From NCBI GenBank assembly GCA_964634665.1, contig CAZWJZ010000002.1, positions 1-54,761 of the forward strand: DNA of 54,761 nucleotides, given 5' to 3'. Position numbers and translations under genes: made by a program. The DNA is from an uncultured bacterium (GTDB lineage: Bacteria > Deinococcota > Deinococci > Deinococcales > Trueperaceae). The notes beneath the pieces were generated by a model. The model ran no database searches and was not told the origin of the DNA. It saw only the letters and a list, made by a program, of their open reading frames with translations. Of this stretch, positions 26,423 through 37,369 are shown piece after piece. The first letter of the stretch is position 1. Every line of letters starts with the position of its first letter.

Positions 26423-28177
26423 TTAAAAAACAGTTTCTAAGACGTGACTGTTATCCCAAATACGAACATGGTTTTTACCATTGCGTTTTACTTTGTACAA
26501 GATGTTATCAGCTTTAGAAATCATTTCATGAGCATCTTTAGAGGCAAGATCATCACATAAGCCCATACTGAGCGTTACTTTTAAGTCAGGATGAATGTCG
26601 TGCCAAGGGAAACCAGCAATCTTAGCTCTTAAACGGTCACAAATAGGGTAAGCATCTTGCGAAGCGGTTTCTGGTAGTAACAGCACAAACTCCTCACCCC
26701 CATAACGCGCTACGGTATCTACAGAACGAATGTTTTCTTTAAATAATTTAGCGACATGTTTTAAAACTTCATCACCTACCTGATGCGAAAAGCTGTCATT
26801 TACTTTTTTGAAGTTATCAATATCACAAATCATGACCGTCATAATGCCATCAAAACGCGTGGCACGACTAAATTCTTGCTCAATCTTTTCGTTAAAGACT
26901 CTACGGTTATAAAGACCTGTCAAAGGATCTTCATTAGCTTGCTTTTCAAGCTCATTTTTAAGCGTATGCAGTTCATCATAAGCTTGCGCGAGCTTAATGC
27001 TTTTAAGCTTATAAATTTCTTTTTCTTTCTCAGCCTGCTCAACCTCATAGCTGACCCTTAAGGCATGAAAACGCTGATTAGAAATTTCATTAAAAAAGTC
27101 ATCTCTTAAGTTTGAGTAAAGATGCATGTGACTGAAGGCTGATTCAAAATCATTAAGAATTTCATAGGTTTTGGCTAAGCCATAGTGCGCATTAAAGACT
27201 TCGGTTTTAGCTTTTACATCAGTGGCAATGGTTAAGGCTTCCCGAAAGACATTCAGCGCCTCATGATTACCTGCTTGTAAATAAATGTCACCAAGATATA
27301 AAGAGCTCGTAGCAAAATGCTTACGGTCACCCGCTTCTTTTTTAAGCGCTAAACTTTCCTTTAAAAACTTGATAGCCTCATCTGAATTACCAATAGCAAA
27401 AGAAGTTAAGCCTAACTCATCAAAAGTAAAGCTCTTACCCACTTTATCTTTAATGCTTTCCATGATATCTAAACTCTTATACTGATACTCAAAGGCTCGA
27501 GTATAGTTCTCAAGCTTACGGTAACAAGTACCAATGTTGGAAAAGGTAAGGGCGTAGGTGTGAGGGTCTGCATCAGGGTTTTGTTTCGCTAAGCTTTTCT
27601 CATAATGTTTTAAAGCTTCATCATGCTGACCTGTATCATCATAAATAGCACCTACATTGGCTAGAACTCTAGAAATACCAGCTTGGTCTTGCATGAGTTC
27701 ATAGAGTTTTAAGCTCTGAAAATTATACTCGAGTGCTTCTGTGTGTTCACCTAGTAGTTTATAGATAATGCCAATGTTATTTAGGGCGTTGGCTTCGGGT
27801 ATTTTGTCTTTGCTTGCCTGATTGCTTTGGCAGAGTTTTTGTAGTTTTAAGAAGTTCTTGAGCGCTTCAGCGTAATTTCCTGATTGCCCGTGAATCATGC
27901 CTAGGTTATTGAGAGCGCGTTGCTGGCCTTCTACATGTTCAAAAGAGGTGTAGAGTTTTAGTGCTTCTTCAGAGTGGTGCTTGGCGTCTTGGTGGTTGCC
28001 GTAACGAAATTGACAAAAGCCTATGGTTATGTGACTGGCTGCTAAGCCTTGGCTGTAGTGAGCTTTTTGGGCTTCAGCCAGAGCTTGTTCAGATAGCTCT
28101 AAAGCCTGCGCTGTATTTGCGTTGCGCAATGACCAAGCTTGTTCTGTTAATTTATCTATAGAACTGAACAGCGACAC
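26423..28177 (-). CDS. TPR-repeat diguanylate cyclase (GGDEF)
   Basis: About 9 TPR-like repeats, a coiled coil, then a GGDEF domain with RYGGEEFVLLLPE. Confidence 0.85.
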   Translation of the reverse strand: MSLFSSIDKLTEQAWSLRNANTAQALELSEQALAEAQKAHYSQGLAASHITIGFCQFRYGNHQDAKHHSEEALKLYTSFEHVEGQQRALNNLGMIHGQSGNYAEALKNFLKLQKLCQSNQASKDKIPEANALNNIGIIYKLLGEHTEALEYNFQSLKLYELMQDQAGISRVLANVGAIYDDTGQHDEALKHYEKSLAKQNPDADPHTYALTFSNIGTCYRKLENYTRAFEYQYKSLDIMESIKDKVGKSFTFDELGLTSFAIGNSDEAIKFLKESLALKKEAGDRKHFATSSLYLGDIYLQAGNHEALNVFREALTIATDVKAKTEVFNAHYGLAKTYEILNDFESAFSHMHLYSNLRDDFFNEISNQRFHALRVSYEVEQAEKEKEIYKLKSIKLAQAYDELHTLKNELEKQANEDPLTGLYNRRVFNEKIEQEFSRATRFDGIMTVMICDIDNFKKVNDSFSHQVGDEVLKHVAKLFKENIRSVDTVARYGGEEFVLLLPETASQDAYPICDRLRAKIAGFPWHDIHPDLKVTLSMGLCDDLASKDAHEMISKADNILYKVKRNGKNHVRIWDNSHVLETVF

Positions 28178-28685
28178 AATAACCTTTCTTTTAAGCTAGT
28201 TTGTTTAGTTCCACCAAACTAAAGCAAAGTATAGAAAATAAAGTCTTTCAAGAATCTTACAAATGAGTTAAAGCTGCGCGAAAATAGATTTATTAAGAAC
28301 TTATTAAGCTTTATTTGTGTACTCATTGGCTTTTTTATAGCTACGTACAGGGCTCTAAGTTAAGTAGTTAATCTAATGTCTGAAGGTCAGCTCATACCTA
28401 AAACTCACTATTGCTGTGCTGAGTTTAGTTTTGCTAGACAGAATTTCTTGGTAGTAAATCAAATCAGCTTAAAAGCCAAAAGCTAGTTAAGTTGTCTCAA
28501 ACAACAACGCCAGCTAGTCTTCCTAATCTCATAATGAGAAATGTCTTTGTCACAATTATGTAAGAATGACTGCTATACACTCGAGTTTAGGGACTGTTCT
28601 TTGCTGTATTCTGCTTTTGTTTAAGCGTGCAAGGCATAGTTACGCTAAGCTTATGGCTAATGGGTAGCTCTGAAAGGAGTGCGTT

Positions 28686-29648
28686 ATGAAGGTTCTTGTT
28701 ACAGGTGCGGCTGGCTTTATTGCGAGTCATGTCAGTGAAATGCTGAGTCGCCGTGGTGATTCGGTGATAGGTGTTGATAATTTTAATGATTACTATGATG
28801 TTGCTAAGAAACTAAAAAATGCTAAAACGCTAGAAACGAAGCATGATGTTACGGTTATTAAGGCTGATATTCGTGATCGTGAGCGCATGATGGCTCTTTT
28901 TGAGGAGCATCAGTTTGACGCGGTAGCGCATATTGCAGCTATGGCGGGTGTGCGTAATTCTGTTGCAAATCCTGCTTTATATATGGATGTTGATCTGGTG
29001 GGTACGCAGCATCTCATGGACGCAGCTCGTGAGTTTGGGGTTGCCAATTTTGTTTTTGCTTCTACCTCATCTATTTATGGTGATACCACGCAAATACCGT
29101 TTGTTGAAACAGATAGTGCTGCGCAGCCACCTCAACCTTATGCTGCTGCAAAGCGGGCTGCTGAGTTACTTGGTTTTACTTATAATAAACTCTTTAAGCT
29201 GAATTTTACGGCTGTTCGTTTCTTTACGGTTTATGGTCCGCGGGGTCGCCCTGACATGATGCCTTATTTGTTGGCTGAAAGTATTTATAAGGGTAAGGAA
29301 ATTCCGCTTTATGAGGGTGATTTTAAGCGTGACTGGACTTATGTTGAAGATACCGCGAAGGGTGTTATTTTGGCTTTAGATAAGCCTTTAGGCTATGAGA
29401 TTATTAATTTGGGTAAAGGACAGCCTGAACCTCTTTTAGACTTTATTGCTGAAATGGAAGGCATCGCAGGTAAAAAAGCTAATTTCATTTCGAAGCCTAA
29501 ACTCGAGGCTGATATGTACGTGACTTACGCAAATATTGAAAAAGCGCAACGCTTATTAGGCTTTAACCCTCAGGTATCAATGCAAGAGGGTGTAAGGCGC
29601 TTTTGGGATTGGTATGTCGCTGAGCAAGAGAATTTAGTTTTGGTTTGA
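28686..29648 (+). CDS. NAD-dependent nucleotide-sugar epimerase (UDP-glucuronate 4-epimerase-like)
   Basis: VTGAAGFIASHV Rossmann motif, YAAAK catalytic YxxxK, GGAG RBS. Confidence 0.8.
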   Translation: MKVLVTGAAGFIASHVSEMLSRRGDSVIGVDNFNDYYDVAKKLKNAKTLETKHDVTVIKADIRDRERMMALFEEHQFDAVAHIAAMAGVRNSVANPALYMDVDLVGTQHLMDAAREFGVANFVFASTSSIYGDTTQIPFVETDSAAQPPQPYAAAKRAAELLGFTYNKLFKLNFTAVRFFTVYGPRGRPDMMPYLLAESIYKGKEIPLYEGDFKRDWTYVEDTAKGVILALDKPLGYEIINLGKGQPEPLLDFIAEMEGIAGKKANFISKPKLEADMYVTYANIEKAQRLLGFNPQVSMQEGVRRFWDWYVAEQENLVLV

Positions 29649-29661
29649 TACAGTAGGCCTA

Positions 29662-30147
29662 ATGCCTATTTCTGATTACTTAAAAAATATGAGAGCGCAT
29701 GTTGGTCATGCGCTCATTCTTATGCCAGCAACAGCAGCCCTTATTTTTAATGATGAGGGTGAACTACTTTTGCAAAGGCGTAGTGATAATGGTTTGTGGG
29801 GTTTACCTGGAGGCGCCATAGACCCTGGTGAAGACGCAGCTTTAGCAACTATGCGAGAAGTCTACGAGGAAACAGGTTTAAAGGTTAAACCCGAGCGCTT
29901 AGTTGCCGTTATTAAGCACCGAAATACTTATCCTAATGGTGATGAAATAGAAGTGCACATAAGCACTTTTCGCTGTAAAGTACGCTCAGGAAAGCTTGAA
30001 AGTCTAGATGGTGAATCTTTAGAATTACGCTACTTTAATGTAAACAACATGCCCGAGTCAAAAATGCTCGAGCCTTTTCCTAAAGAAATTTTTGATTTTG
30101 AGTATGAGGCTTGTTATTTTGCTTGGAATGACGCTTGGTTGCTTTAG
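29662..30147 (+). CDS. NUDIX hydrolase
   Basis: Nudix box GGAIDPGEDAALATMREVYEETGL. Confidence 0.85.
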   Translation: MPISDYLKNMRAHVGHALILMPATAALIFNDEGELLLQRRSDNGLWGLPGGAIDPGEDAALATMREVYEETGLKVKPERLVAVIKHRNTYPNGDEIEVHISTFRCKVRSGKLESLDGESLELRYFNVNNMPESKMLEPFPKEIFDFEYEACYFAWNDAWLL

Positions 30148-30161
30148 GGCAAGCAAGCGTT

Positions 30162-31013
30162 TTAAACAATTTGCAGGGTAGTAACAATAATTACAATAAC
30201 TGCTACTAAGCTTAAGCCAATACGGTAAATGCTTTGTTGTAGTAAGGGTTTTGTTTTAAAGTCAATGAGCAGTAACCAAGGTGCTAAAGAAATAAGAATG
30301 ACGCTTATGATAGGTATGGTTGTGTAGATACTTAACCAAGGTAAGGTTAACAGTAGCGTAATAAGGGGTGTGATGCTGGCATTTAGCCCAGTGGTTTTTG
30401 TTAACCAAGCTAAGACCATAATGGCACCTAAACTTGCCGCAATTGCACCTGTGAGTTGTGCCATAACCAGTGAGTGTGCCAGTACAACCGCAATGGCAGA
30501 AGCAGACACAATAAAAACTAAGCCTGTTATAGGAATGGCATTTTCGCGTGACGCTGTGCGTTCTTTTCGGCTGAGTAAGTCAAGGGCAAGCCAAAAAGTG
30601 CTAATCACTAGTGTTGTAATGAGTAAATTAGTGAAGGTTTGGCCCGTGCTCCAGCTTCGGTTTGGAAAAGGATGATTAATAAAAGGTTGAAACAAACGAA
30701 CCAGTAAGAGGACTAATAAAACAAGTCTGACGGCCCAGCGAGCAAAAATATTTTTTAGCCATAATTGCTCAGCGATACCTAGTGCGAATGCTGCCACGGT
30801 TATATAAGGAAGCCAATGCTGAATGCTTACCGGGGGTACTCTAAAGCCACTTAAGCCACTAATGCCAAGAAAGCCAGCTAAAAAGCCGACTGCTAGAGAT
30901 ATGCTTGTTGAAAATTTAAGTTTGTCTTTTGTAAATAAATAACAAAGGCCTGCAATAACGGCAGGAAATAAAATACCACGCAAAAAGAAGCTTATCAGAA
31001 CAGAAACTGTCAT
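30162..31013 (-). CDS. Polytopic membrane protein, function unknown
   Basis: About 8 predicted TM helices and no recognisable motif. Confidence 0.6.
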   Translation of the reverse strand: MTVSVLISFFLRGILFPAVIAGLCYLFTKDKLKFSTSISLAVGFLAGFLGISGLSGFRVPPVSIQHWLPYITVAAFALGIAEQLWLKNIFARWAVRLVLLVLLLVRLFQPFINHPFPNRSWSTGQTFTNLLITTLVISTFWLALDLLSRKERTASRENAIPITGLVFIVSASAIAVVLAHSLVMAQLTGAIAASLGAIMVLAWLTKTTGLNASITPLITLLLTLPWLSIYTTIPIISVILISLAPWLLLIDFKTKPLLQQSIYRIGLSLVAVIVIIVTTLQIV

Positions 31014-31056
31014 GGGATTAAAGGGAAAGGGAGGGGGTTTCCCTCCCTAAGTTTCT

Positions 31057-31656
31057 TTACTGGCCTACGCCTTCGAAGCTAAGCATTATTCTTACATCAG
31101 AACTAGCAGCTTGAAGTAGGTTAGTCATGCCATAATCAGTACGGTCAATATCAAACTCTGTATAAAAACCAACAAGAGGTGAGCCCTGTTGATTAACAGC
31201 TTCACCTGTTTTTTCAACCATAGTTGTTACTTCATTGGTGACACCATGAATAGTTAAGTCACCTACAACTTCATACATGTTTTCTGTATCTGTTGCGCTA
31301 ATGCTTTTACTTACAAAAGTAAGGGTAGGAAACTGAGCAGCATCAAAAAAGTCAGGGCTTCTTAAGTGGCCGTTACGTGCTTCGGCATCAAAGTCACCTT
31401 CTTTATCAGGGCCTGTATCAACACTCTCGGTCAAAATAATAAACTCAATGCTGCTAGCAGCAAGGTTATCTGCATCATAAACAACAGTTGCGTCCATTTC
31501 ATTAAAACGGCCAAAGGTATAAGCAATACCTAAGTGGCTAGCGCGAAACAAAGCATGGGTATGGACGCCATCTATACGGTAAGTGGTTTGCGCAAAAGCT
31601 GAACCTAGCAGAGCTAAGAGACCTAAACTAATGATGATATTGCGAAGGGTTTTCAT
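31057..31656 (-). CDS. YceI-family periplasmic protein
   Basis: Signal peptide followed by a YRIDGVHTHALFRASHLG YceI-type start. Confidence 0.8.
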   Translation of the reverse strand: MKTLRNIIISLGLLALLGSAFAQTTYRIDGVHTHALFRASHLGIAYTFGRFNEMDATVVYDADNLAASSIEFIILTESVDTGPDKEGDFDAEARNGHLRSPDFFDAAQFPTLTFVSKSISATDTENMYEVVGDLTIHGVTNEVTTMVEKTGEAVNQQGSPLVGFYTEFDIDRTDYGMTNLLQAASSDVRIMLSFEGVGQ

Positions 31657-31809
31657 GATTTTCTCCTTAATAAAATGGTACTCGAGTTTGAATTATGTCT
31701 TTAATACTGATGAAGTTAAGTTAAGTAGTTGACAGAAACTATTTCCAGGGTGTCATTCCTCCTTAAAAGGTAGTATAAAGCTCGAGTTTATATAAGCCTA
31801 AATAAGAAT

Positions 31810-32226
31810 ATGCACAGCGAAGTAAATAATAAAGTAGTCTACAATTCAAACTATCCTAAGTGTGCTATGCTTAATAGCCTAGTTATGAGCCAAGATACCT
31901 ATTGCCCCGTCTACGAAGCCATTAATTTGCTACAAGAAAAATGGACCCTTCATATTGTTAGAGTTCTTCTAAAAGAACCTTTAGGCTTTAATGAATTAAG
32001 TCGCGCAGTAGGTGGCGTAAACTCAAACACCCTCGCTCAAAGACTCGAGCATTTAGATGAACTAGGTGTTGTTGAAAAAACCATTATTTCCATGATGCCC
32101 CCCAAAACCAGCTATTCTTTAACAGAAGCAGGTGTTGAGCTAAATGAAGCTGTTGATGCTATAGCGCGCTGGGGTGCAAAGCACATGAGTTTAGAATCTG
32201 ACAGCCCAAAAGAAACCTGCGTGTAG
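31810..32226 (+). CDS. HxlR-family transcriptional regulator
   Basis: CPVYEAINLLQEKWTLHIVRVLL..GFNELSRAV..SNTLAQRLEHLDELGVV. The true start may be an internal Met (31867 or 31885). Confidence 0.8.
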   Translation: MHSEVNNKVVYNSNYPKCAMLNSLVMSQDTYCPVYEAINLLQEKWTLHIVRVLLKEPLGFNELSRAVGGVNSNTLAQRLEHLDELGVVEKTIISMMPPKTSYSLTEAGVELNEAVDAIARWGAKHMSLESDSPKETCV

Positions 32227-32396
32227 CTTTACCAAAAGCACGTATTTAGTAGGCATCTTGACAGACAACAGCAGCATAAAAGCTAACAGTACAAAAGCAG
32301 ATTAGTTCAGGTTTAGATTGAATAATTTTTTACCTCCGCTAATAGGTATGCGGTTACCTAAATTTTAGATGCATTTAATAAAAAAAGAGCCACAGC

Positions 32397-33092
32397 TTAT
32401 GAAGTAGGCACGCCACCAAGAAGCTCTTCAGGTTCAGCACTACCCCCATCAGGCTCAAGACTCACCCCAATAAACGCATAAGCCTCATAAGGAACTTCTA
32501 AGAGCGTCCTGTCAGACAAACCCAAAGAAACCCGCTCACCACTAGGACTATCGCCCCAAGCCTGATAGGTAAAGCCTCTGCTAGGCGCAGTGCGAAAAAC
32601 AAACAAAGCCCGACCATCTGACAGCGTTAAGACGCTACCTAAACGCTCACCTTGCGCGTCAAGCAACTGCTGCGAACTCACATCGGGCCTAGATAGCCAA
32701 CCCGCAACCTTACGCTGCTCAGCTTTAGTCACTAAATAATTTTGACGCTGCTGAAAACCCCACAAAAGCCCAGAGGCAAACAACAGTAAAGAAGCAGCCA
32801 TAGCAAAAGCCTGCCAAGCAAAACGCTTAGGTTTTAAGCTGATAACATGAGTAGCTTCAGACCTAGTAGGTTCAGAAGGTTCAGCAAGCCTAGCTTGAAT
32901 AGCAGCCCAAGCACCCGCAGGCGCCAGCACTTGAGGTGCAGATTCAGCCAAATGCACAAAACTAGCTTGAAGTGCATGCAACTCAGCAAGACAAAGCTCA
33001 CAACTAGACAAGTGAAGCTCGAGTGTTTCTTGCTCTTTGCTACTAAGCTCATCAAGGGCGTAACTTAAAAGAAGATCAGTAGGATGACTCAT
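32397..33092 (-). CDS. Anti-sigma factor (zf-HC2 N-terminus, one TM, RskA-like C-terminus)
   Basis: HLSSCELCLAELHAL. 4-nt overlap with the upstream sigma gene. Confidence 0.75.
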   Translation of the reverse strand: MSHPTDLLLSYALDELSSKEQETLELHLSSCELCLAELHALQASFVHLAESAPQVLAPAGAWAAIQARLAEPSEPTRSEATHVISLKPKRFAWQAFAMAASLLLFASGLLWGFQQRQNYLVTKAEQRKVAGWLSRPDVSSQQLLDAQGERLGSVLTLSDGRALFVFRTAPSRGFTYQAWGDSPSGERVSLGLSDRTLLEVPYEAYAFIGVSLEPDGGSAEPEELLGGVPTS

Positions 33093-33619
33093 AAACTCAA
33101 CCCTTCTTTTAACTTGAGTAGTGCTCGCCTAAGTCGACTTTTAATAGTACCAAGCGGTAAACCTGTTTGTTCAGATAAATCATGATGCGTAAAACCCTGA
33201 AAAAAAGAAGCCTCTAGCAAATGCCTATCTGTTTGATTTAGTTCACCCAAAGCTTTTTCTAAAAAGATACGCGTATCATGATCTGCGCTGTTAGCCTCAA
33301 AGGTACTGGCAGGATCATGAATATCAAAATCATTGTTTGATTTCGGGCGACTTTGCTTAGCCCGCAAGCGCATACGCGCTTCATTACGCGCAATCGTATA
33401 AATATAAGCTCGAGCTGAACCAAACTCAGGTTTAAAGCGATCAGCATGTTGATGAAGTTTAATAAAGCAGTCTTGCAGCACTTCTTCAGCGTCCTCACGG
33501 TTCTTTAGCATTTGCAGAGCTAAAGCATAGACATTATTTGCTAATAACTCATAAAGTTCAGCAAATGCGGCCTCATCACCTAATTGTAAACGGATGATAA
33601 GCTCTGATTCTGTATCCAT
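33089..33619 (-). CDS. ECF (group IV) sigma-70 factor
   Basis: Region 2 (DCFIKLHQ) and region 4 (GLPLGTIKSRLRRAL). Confidence 0.88.
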   Translation of the reverse strand: MDTESELIIRLQLGDEAAFAELYELLANNVYALALQMLKNREDAEEVLQDCFIKLHQHADRFKPEFGSARAYIYTIARNEARMRLRAKQSRPKSNNDFDIHDPASTFEANSADHDTRIFLEKALGELNQTDRHLLEASFFQGFTHHDLSEQTGLPLGTIKSRLRRALLKLKEGLSL

Positions 33620-33894
33620 ACCCCCCTATCTAACCATATGTACGCCAACTGCGTTTAGATGCATGATTCTAAAATAAAGCCAGACAAATGAAAAAAGTAA
33701 CATCTTAAAAATAAAAGCTAAGCACTTTTAAGCCACTGATTAGAAAAAGAAACTGCCAAAGGTAAATTCAAAAATGCTGATAGTAAACATGAAACTTAAA
33801 AGCAATAAACTTAAACTCACAGGACAATAGCAAACATTTCAACAAGGATTAAGGTATCGTAAACCCAGATAGTTATTAGCAGGAGGCAGACCCC

Positions 33895-34845
33895 ATGCTC
33901 AGTTTTGAAAAGATACAAAGAGCACAAGAAACCATAAAACCCTACATCAAACGCACCCGCCTAGAACACAACCAAACCCTAAGCGAACTCTTAGGCACAA
34001 ACATCTACCTAAAGCTCGAGCTTTTTCAAAAAACCGGCTCCTTTAAATCTAGAGGGGCAATAAGCCAGTTTCTTAATTTAACGAAAGAACAAAAAGAACG
34101 CGGTGTAGTAGGGGTGAGTGGTGGTAATTTTGCGCAAGGTGTTGCTTATGCGGGTCAGGTTTTGGGTGTAAAAACACGCATTATTATGCCTGAAGGTACT
34201 CCTCAAAATTATATCGCTGCCACTAAAGCTTATGGTGCAGAAGTAGAGATAGCAAGCAACATAGCTGAGGCATTTGCAAAAGCAAAAGCCTATGGCGATG
34301 AAGGCTTTAGTTTTGTGCATCCTTTTGATGACCCTATCCTGATGGCTGGCAACGGCAGCATAGGGCTAGAAATCATGGAGGATTTACCTGAAGCAACTGA
34401 TGTTTTTATTAGCATTGGTGGGGGAGGCCTCATGGGGGGTGTGAGTAGCGCCATTAAAGCAAAACATCCTAATGTGCACATTTGGGGTGTTGAAACCGAA
34501 GGCGCTGACGCTATGAGCTTAGCTTTAGCAGCTAACAAAATTGTAGCGGTAACCCCAACCTCACTAGCAAAAACACTAGCTGCACCTTACGTTTCAGAAG
34601 CCACCTTAGAGCTTGCCCAAAAACATCTTGAAGCCGTCTTGCTAGTGCCAGACAGAGAAGCTTACCATGCGCAAAGATTACTCATGGAGCGCGCTAAAAT
34701 TTACCCTGAATTAGCAGCCTCATGCACGCTAGCTGCTGCCAAAACCGTAAAAGAAAAACTAGGCGAACATGTGGTGCTCATTATCTGCGGAGGGAACGTA
34801 TCTTTAGATGACATTGCCATGTATCACAGTAAATTTGAAGCTTAA
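33895..34845 (+). CDS. PLP-dependent threonine/serine ammonia-lyase or racemase family enzyme
   Basis: FQKTGSFKSRGA PLP-lysine motif, GGGGL loop, 316 aa with no ACT domain. Confidence 0.85.
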   Translation: MLSFEKIQRAQETIKPYIKRTRLEHNQTLSELLGTNIYLKLELFQKTGSFKSRGAISQFLNLTKEQKERGVVGVSGGNFAQGVAYAGQVLGVKTRIIMPEGTPQNYIAATKAYGAEVEIASNIAEAFAKAKAYGDEGFSFVHPFDDPILMAGNGSIGLEIMEDLPEATDVFISIGGGGLMGGVSSAIKAKHPNVHIWGVETEGADAMSLALAANKIVAVTPTSLAKTLAAPYVSEATLELAQKHLEAVLLVPDREAYHAQRLLMERAKIYPELAASCTLAAAKTVKEKLGEHVVLIICGGNVSLDDIAMYHSKFEA

Positions 34846-34973
34846 ACTTTAAGTAGAACGTCTGAACGCAAACAATAGACTAAGCACAGTCTCAGAGATC
34901 TAAAAGCTAGAAGCTCGAGTTTAGATAAAGTAAAGATAGGCAAAGGTCTGCTTAACATGTAAGAATAGTTCTT

Positions 34974-35996
34974 ATGATTGATTTACGTTCTGATACGGTT
35001 ACAAAACCTACCGAAGCTATGCGTCATGCCATGGCTAACGCTGAAGTTGGTGATGATGTTTATGGTCAAGACCCTACAGTAAATCGCCTTCAAGATTTGC
35101 TGTGTGAAATGACCGGCTTTGAAGCTGCACTTTACATGCCTTCGGGTAGTCAAAGTAATCAGGTGGCCCTAGCTGCACATGCGCAACGCGGCTATGAAGT
35201 TATTTCACCTGAAGGTGCACATATTTACGAGTATGAAATAGGCGCCATGTCAGTACTTAGTGGCTTAGTACCCCGCTTAGTTAAAGCACCCTACGGTATT
35301 CCTGAAGTGAGTGACATTAAAGCAGTAATCAAACACAATATTCACCAAGCACCCACAGGGCTCATAACGCTAGAAAACACGCATAACAAAGCAGGCGGCA
35401 CTGTAGTACCCCTAAAACGCTGTCAAGAAATAAGTGAGCTTGCCAAACAAGAAAACTTACCCTTTCACCTAGATGGAGCTCGAGCTTTTAATGCAGCTGT
35501 AGCGCAAGGTATTTCTTTAAAAGATTTTTGTGCACCTTATGACTCGGTTTCATTGTGCCTTAGTAAAGGTTTAGGTGCGCCTGTGGGTAGTGTTTTGCTG
35601 GGTTCAAAAGAGTTTATGCTTAAAGCCCACCGTTACCGCAAAATGTTTGGTGGTGGCATGCGCCAAGCTGGCATTATTGCTGCTGCTGGCATAGTGGCTG
35701 TAGAAACCATGATTGATAGACTCAAAGAAGACCATGAACGTGCTCATGGTTTAGCTGAAAAACTAAGCAACATAGCTGGCATAAGCATAGACTTAAAGGG
35801 TGTACAAACCAACCTTGTTTACTTTGATGTTGCTGATGCCCCCGCACTTATAGAAAAAATGCATGCCAAAGGCATTCTTGCTAATGCCATGTACGCCACC
35901 AAAATACGCTTAGTTGTTCATCATCACATAACAGATGAAGACATAGAAAGCACAGCTCGAGTTATTCAAGAAGCACTCGAGCCTGTTGCTGCTTAA
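34974..35996 (+). CDS. ltaE: Low-specificity L-threonine aldolase
   Basis: IDLRSDTVTKPT start and a SLCLSKGLGAP PLP-lysine region. Confidence 0.88.
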   Translation: MIDLRSDTVTKPTEAMRHAMANAEVGDDVYGQDPTVNRLQDLLCEMTGFEAALYMPSGSQSNQVALAAHAQRGYEVISPEGAHIYEYEIGAMSVLSGLVPRLVKAPYGIPEVSDIKAVIKHNIHQAPTGLITLENTHNKAGGTVVPLKRCQEISELAKQENLPFHLDGARAFNAAVAQGISLKDFCAPYDSVSLCLSKGLGAPVGSVLLGSKEFMLKAHRYRKMFGGGMRQAGIIAAAGIVAVETMIDRLKEDHERAHGLAEKLSNIAGISIDLKGVQTNLVYFDVADAPALIEKMHAKGILANAMYATKIRLVVHHHITDEDIESTARVIQEALEPVAA

Positions 35997-36010
35997 CCTT
36001 AAGGAGATAA

Positions 36011-36460
36011 ATGATTAATCCAGAAGCTTTTACACGTAACCTCATGATGCACCGCTCTGCCCTTTTGGACTTGTTAGATAAAATTCCTGAAGATAAAGAA
36101 GACTTAGTAGCTTTTGAAGATGGCATGACCATTGCCAAAACGGCTTATCATATTCTTGCTTCTGCAGAAAGAAGTGCAGGCATGATTATGCCTGAGGGCG
36201 CAGTAAAGCCCGAGCCGAGCGCTAGTTTTGCAGATACCAAAGCAAGATTAAAAGCAAATACTGAGATGCTGCAAGCCGCTTTACCTAAGCTAAGCTCAGA
36301 GCAATTAAACAGTTCAGTAGAAGCGTTTGGTGGCAGAAAGATGCCTATGTTTGGGCTATTAGAAATCTTTAGAGATCACGAAGTACACCACAAAGGTCAA
36401 CTCTGGACCATGGCAAGAATGGCAGGACTCGAGCCTGGCATGTTTATGAAGCTTGGTTAA
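36011..36460 (+). CDS. DinB-family four-helix-bundle protein
   Basis: Size and the His pattern (AYHIL ... DHEVHHKGQ). Confidence 0.7.
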   Translation: MINPEAFTRNLMMHRSALLDLLDKIPEDKEDLVAFEDGMTIAKTAYHILASAERSAGMIMPEGAVKPEPSASFADTKARLKANTEMLQAALPKLSSEQLNSSVEAFGGRKMPMFGLLEIFRDHEVHHKGQLWTMARMAGLEPGMFMKLG

Positions 36461-36486
36461 CGTGTCTGGTCGCCAGTATCAGCTGA

Positions 36487-36521
36487 ACTTTTCACCTTCT
36501 ACTTTTCACTTTCTACTTTTT
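36487..36521 (+). repeat. Five tandem ACTTTTC-type heptads in the dinB-aroE spacer
   Basis: ACTTTTC ACCTTCT ACTTTTC ACTTTCT ACTTTTT, ending 8 nt before the aroE ATG. No SD. Confidence 0.8.
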
Positions 36522-36529
36522 GCGTTCTT

Positions 36530-37369
36530 ATGAAACGAGTTTTTCTACTCGCTCATCCTGCAGGTCATTCGATTAGTCCTGCTATGCATAACGCTGCGTT
36601 TAAAGCTTTAAAAATTGATGCGTATTATCAAGCTTTAGATGTTGCTCCTGAAGCTTTGAAAACGGTTGTTGAAGGCTTTAGAGAAAAAGATGTCTTTGGC
36701 TCAAATGTGACCATTCCTCATAAGCTAGCTGTTATGCCTTTGATGGATGAACTAAGTGACGCAGCTAAAGCCATTGGCGCAGTCAATACCATCATTAATA
36801 AAGAAGGTAAATTACTGGGTCACAATACAGATGCAACAGGCTATATTCGAGCCTTAAAAGAAGACGCAGCTTATGGGCTAAAAGGCAAAACAGTTGTCAT
36901 GCTAGGTGCAGGGGGCGCAGCCAGAGCCATTGTTTATGCACTTTTAAAAGAAGGTGTTAAGTGCTTAAGTGTTTATAATCGCACTAGCGAAAAAGCGCAG
37001 GGCTTAGTGACAGAGTTTGCGCATTTAGGCCCTATTGATGTTGTAACAGACTTAGCCAATGCTGCACCTCAAGCTGACCTAATTATTAATACAACTTCTG
37101 TAGGTATGGAACACAAGGGGCAAGACCCAGATGTATCACCCATAGCTAGTGACTTGCTACCCAAACAAGGCTTTGTGAGTGACATTGTCTATAGACCAAG
37201 CCAAACCAGACTTTTAAAAGATGCCCAAGCTAAAGGTCTAAAAACACAAAATGGTTTAGCCATGCTGATATACCAAGGTGCTGAATCGTTTGAATACTGG
37301 ACCAAACAAAAACCCGACGCACAAATCATGTTCACAGCTGCCCGCCACGCACTAGACTCGAGTGCTTGA
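36530..37369 (+). CDS. aroE: Shikimate dehydrogenase
   Basis: HSISPAMHNAAF, NVTIPHK, NTDATG and LGAGGAARA motifs. Confidence 0.9.
   Translation: MKRVFLLAHPAGHSISPAMHNAAFKALKIDAYYQALDVAPEALKTVVEGFREKDVFGSNVTIPHKLAVMPLMDELSDAAKAIGAVNTIINKEGKLLGHNTDATGYIRALKEDAAYGLKGKTVVMLGAGGAARAIVYALLKEGVKCLSVYNRTSEKAQGLVTEFAHLGPIDVVTDLANAAPQADLIINTTSVGMEHKGQDPDVSPIASDLLPKQGFVSDIVYRPSQTRLLKDAQAKGLKTQNGLAMLIYQGAESFEYWTKQKPDAQIMFTAARHALDSSA

Noticed and set aside
32363-33680. TTTAGATGCAT-containing sequences flanking the ECF sigma/anti-sigma operon, considered as possible insertion-site direct repeats
   Set aside because: Only 11 nt are exact. By my rough estimate, exact 11-mer coincidences are expected hundreds of times in a 55-kb window, and the extended similarity is weak.
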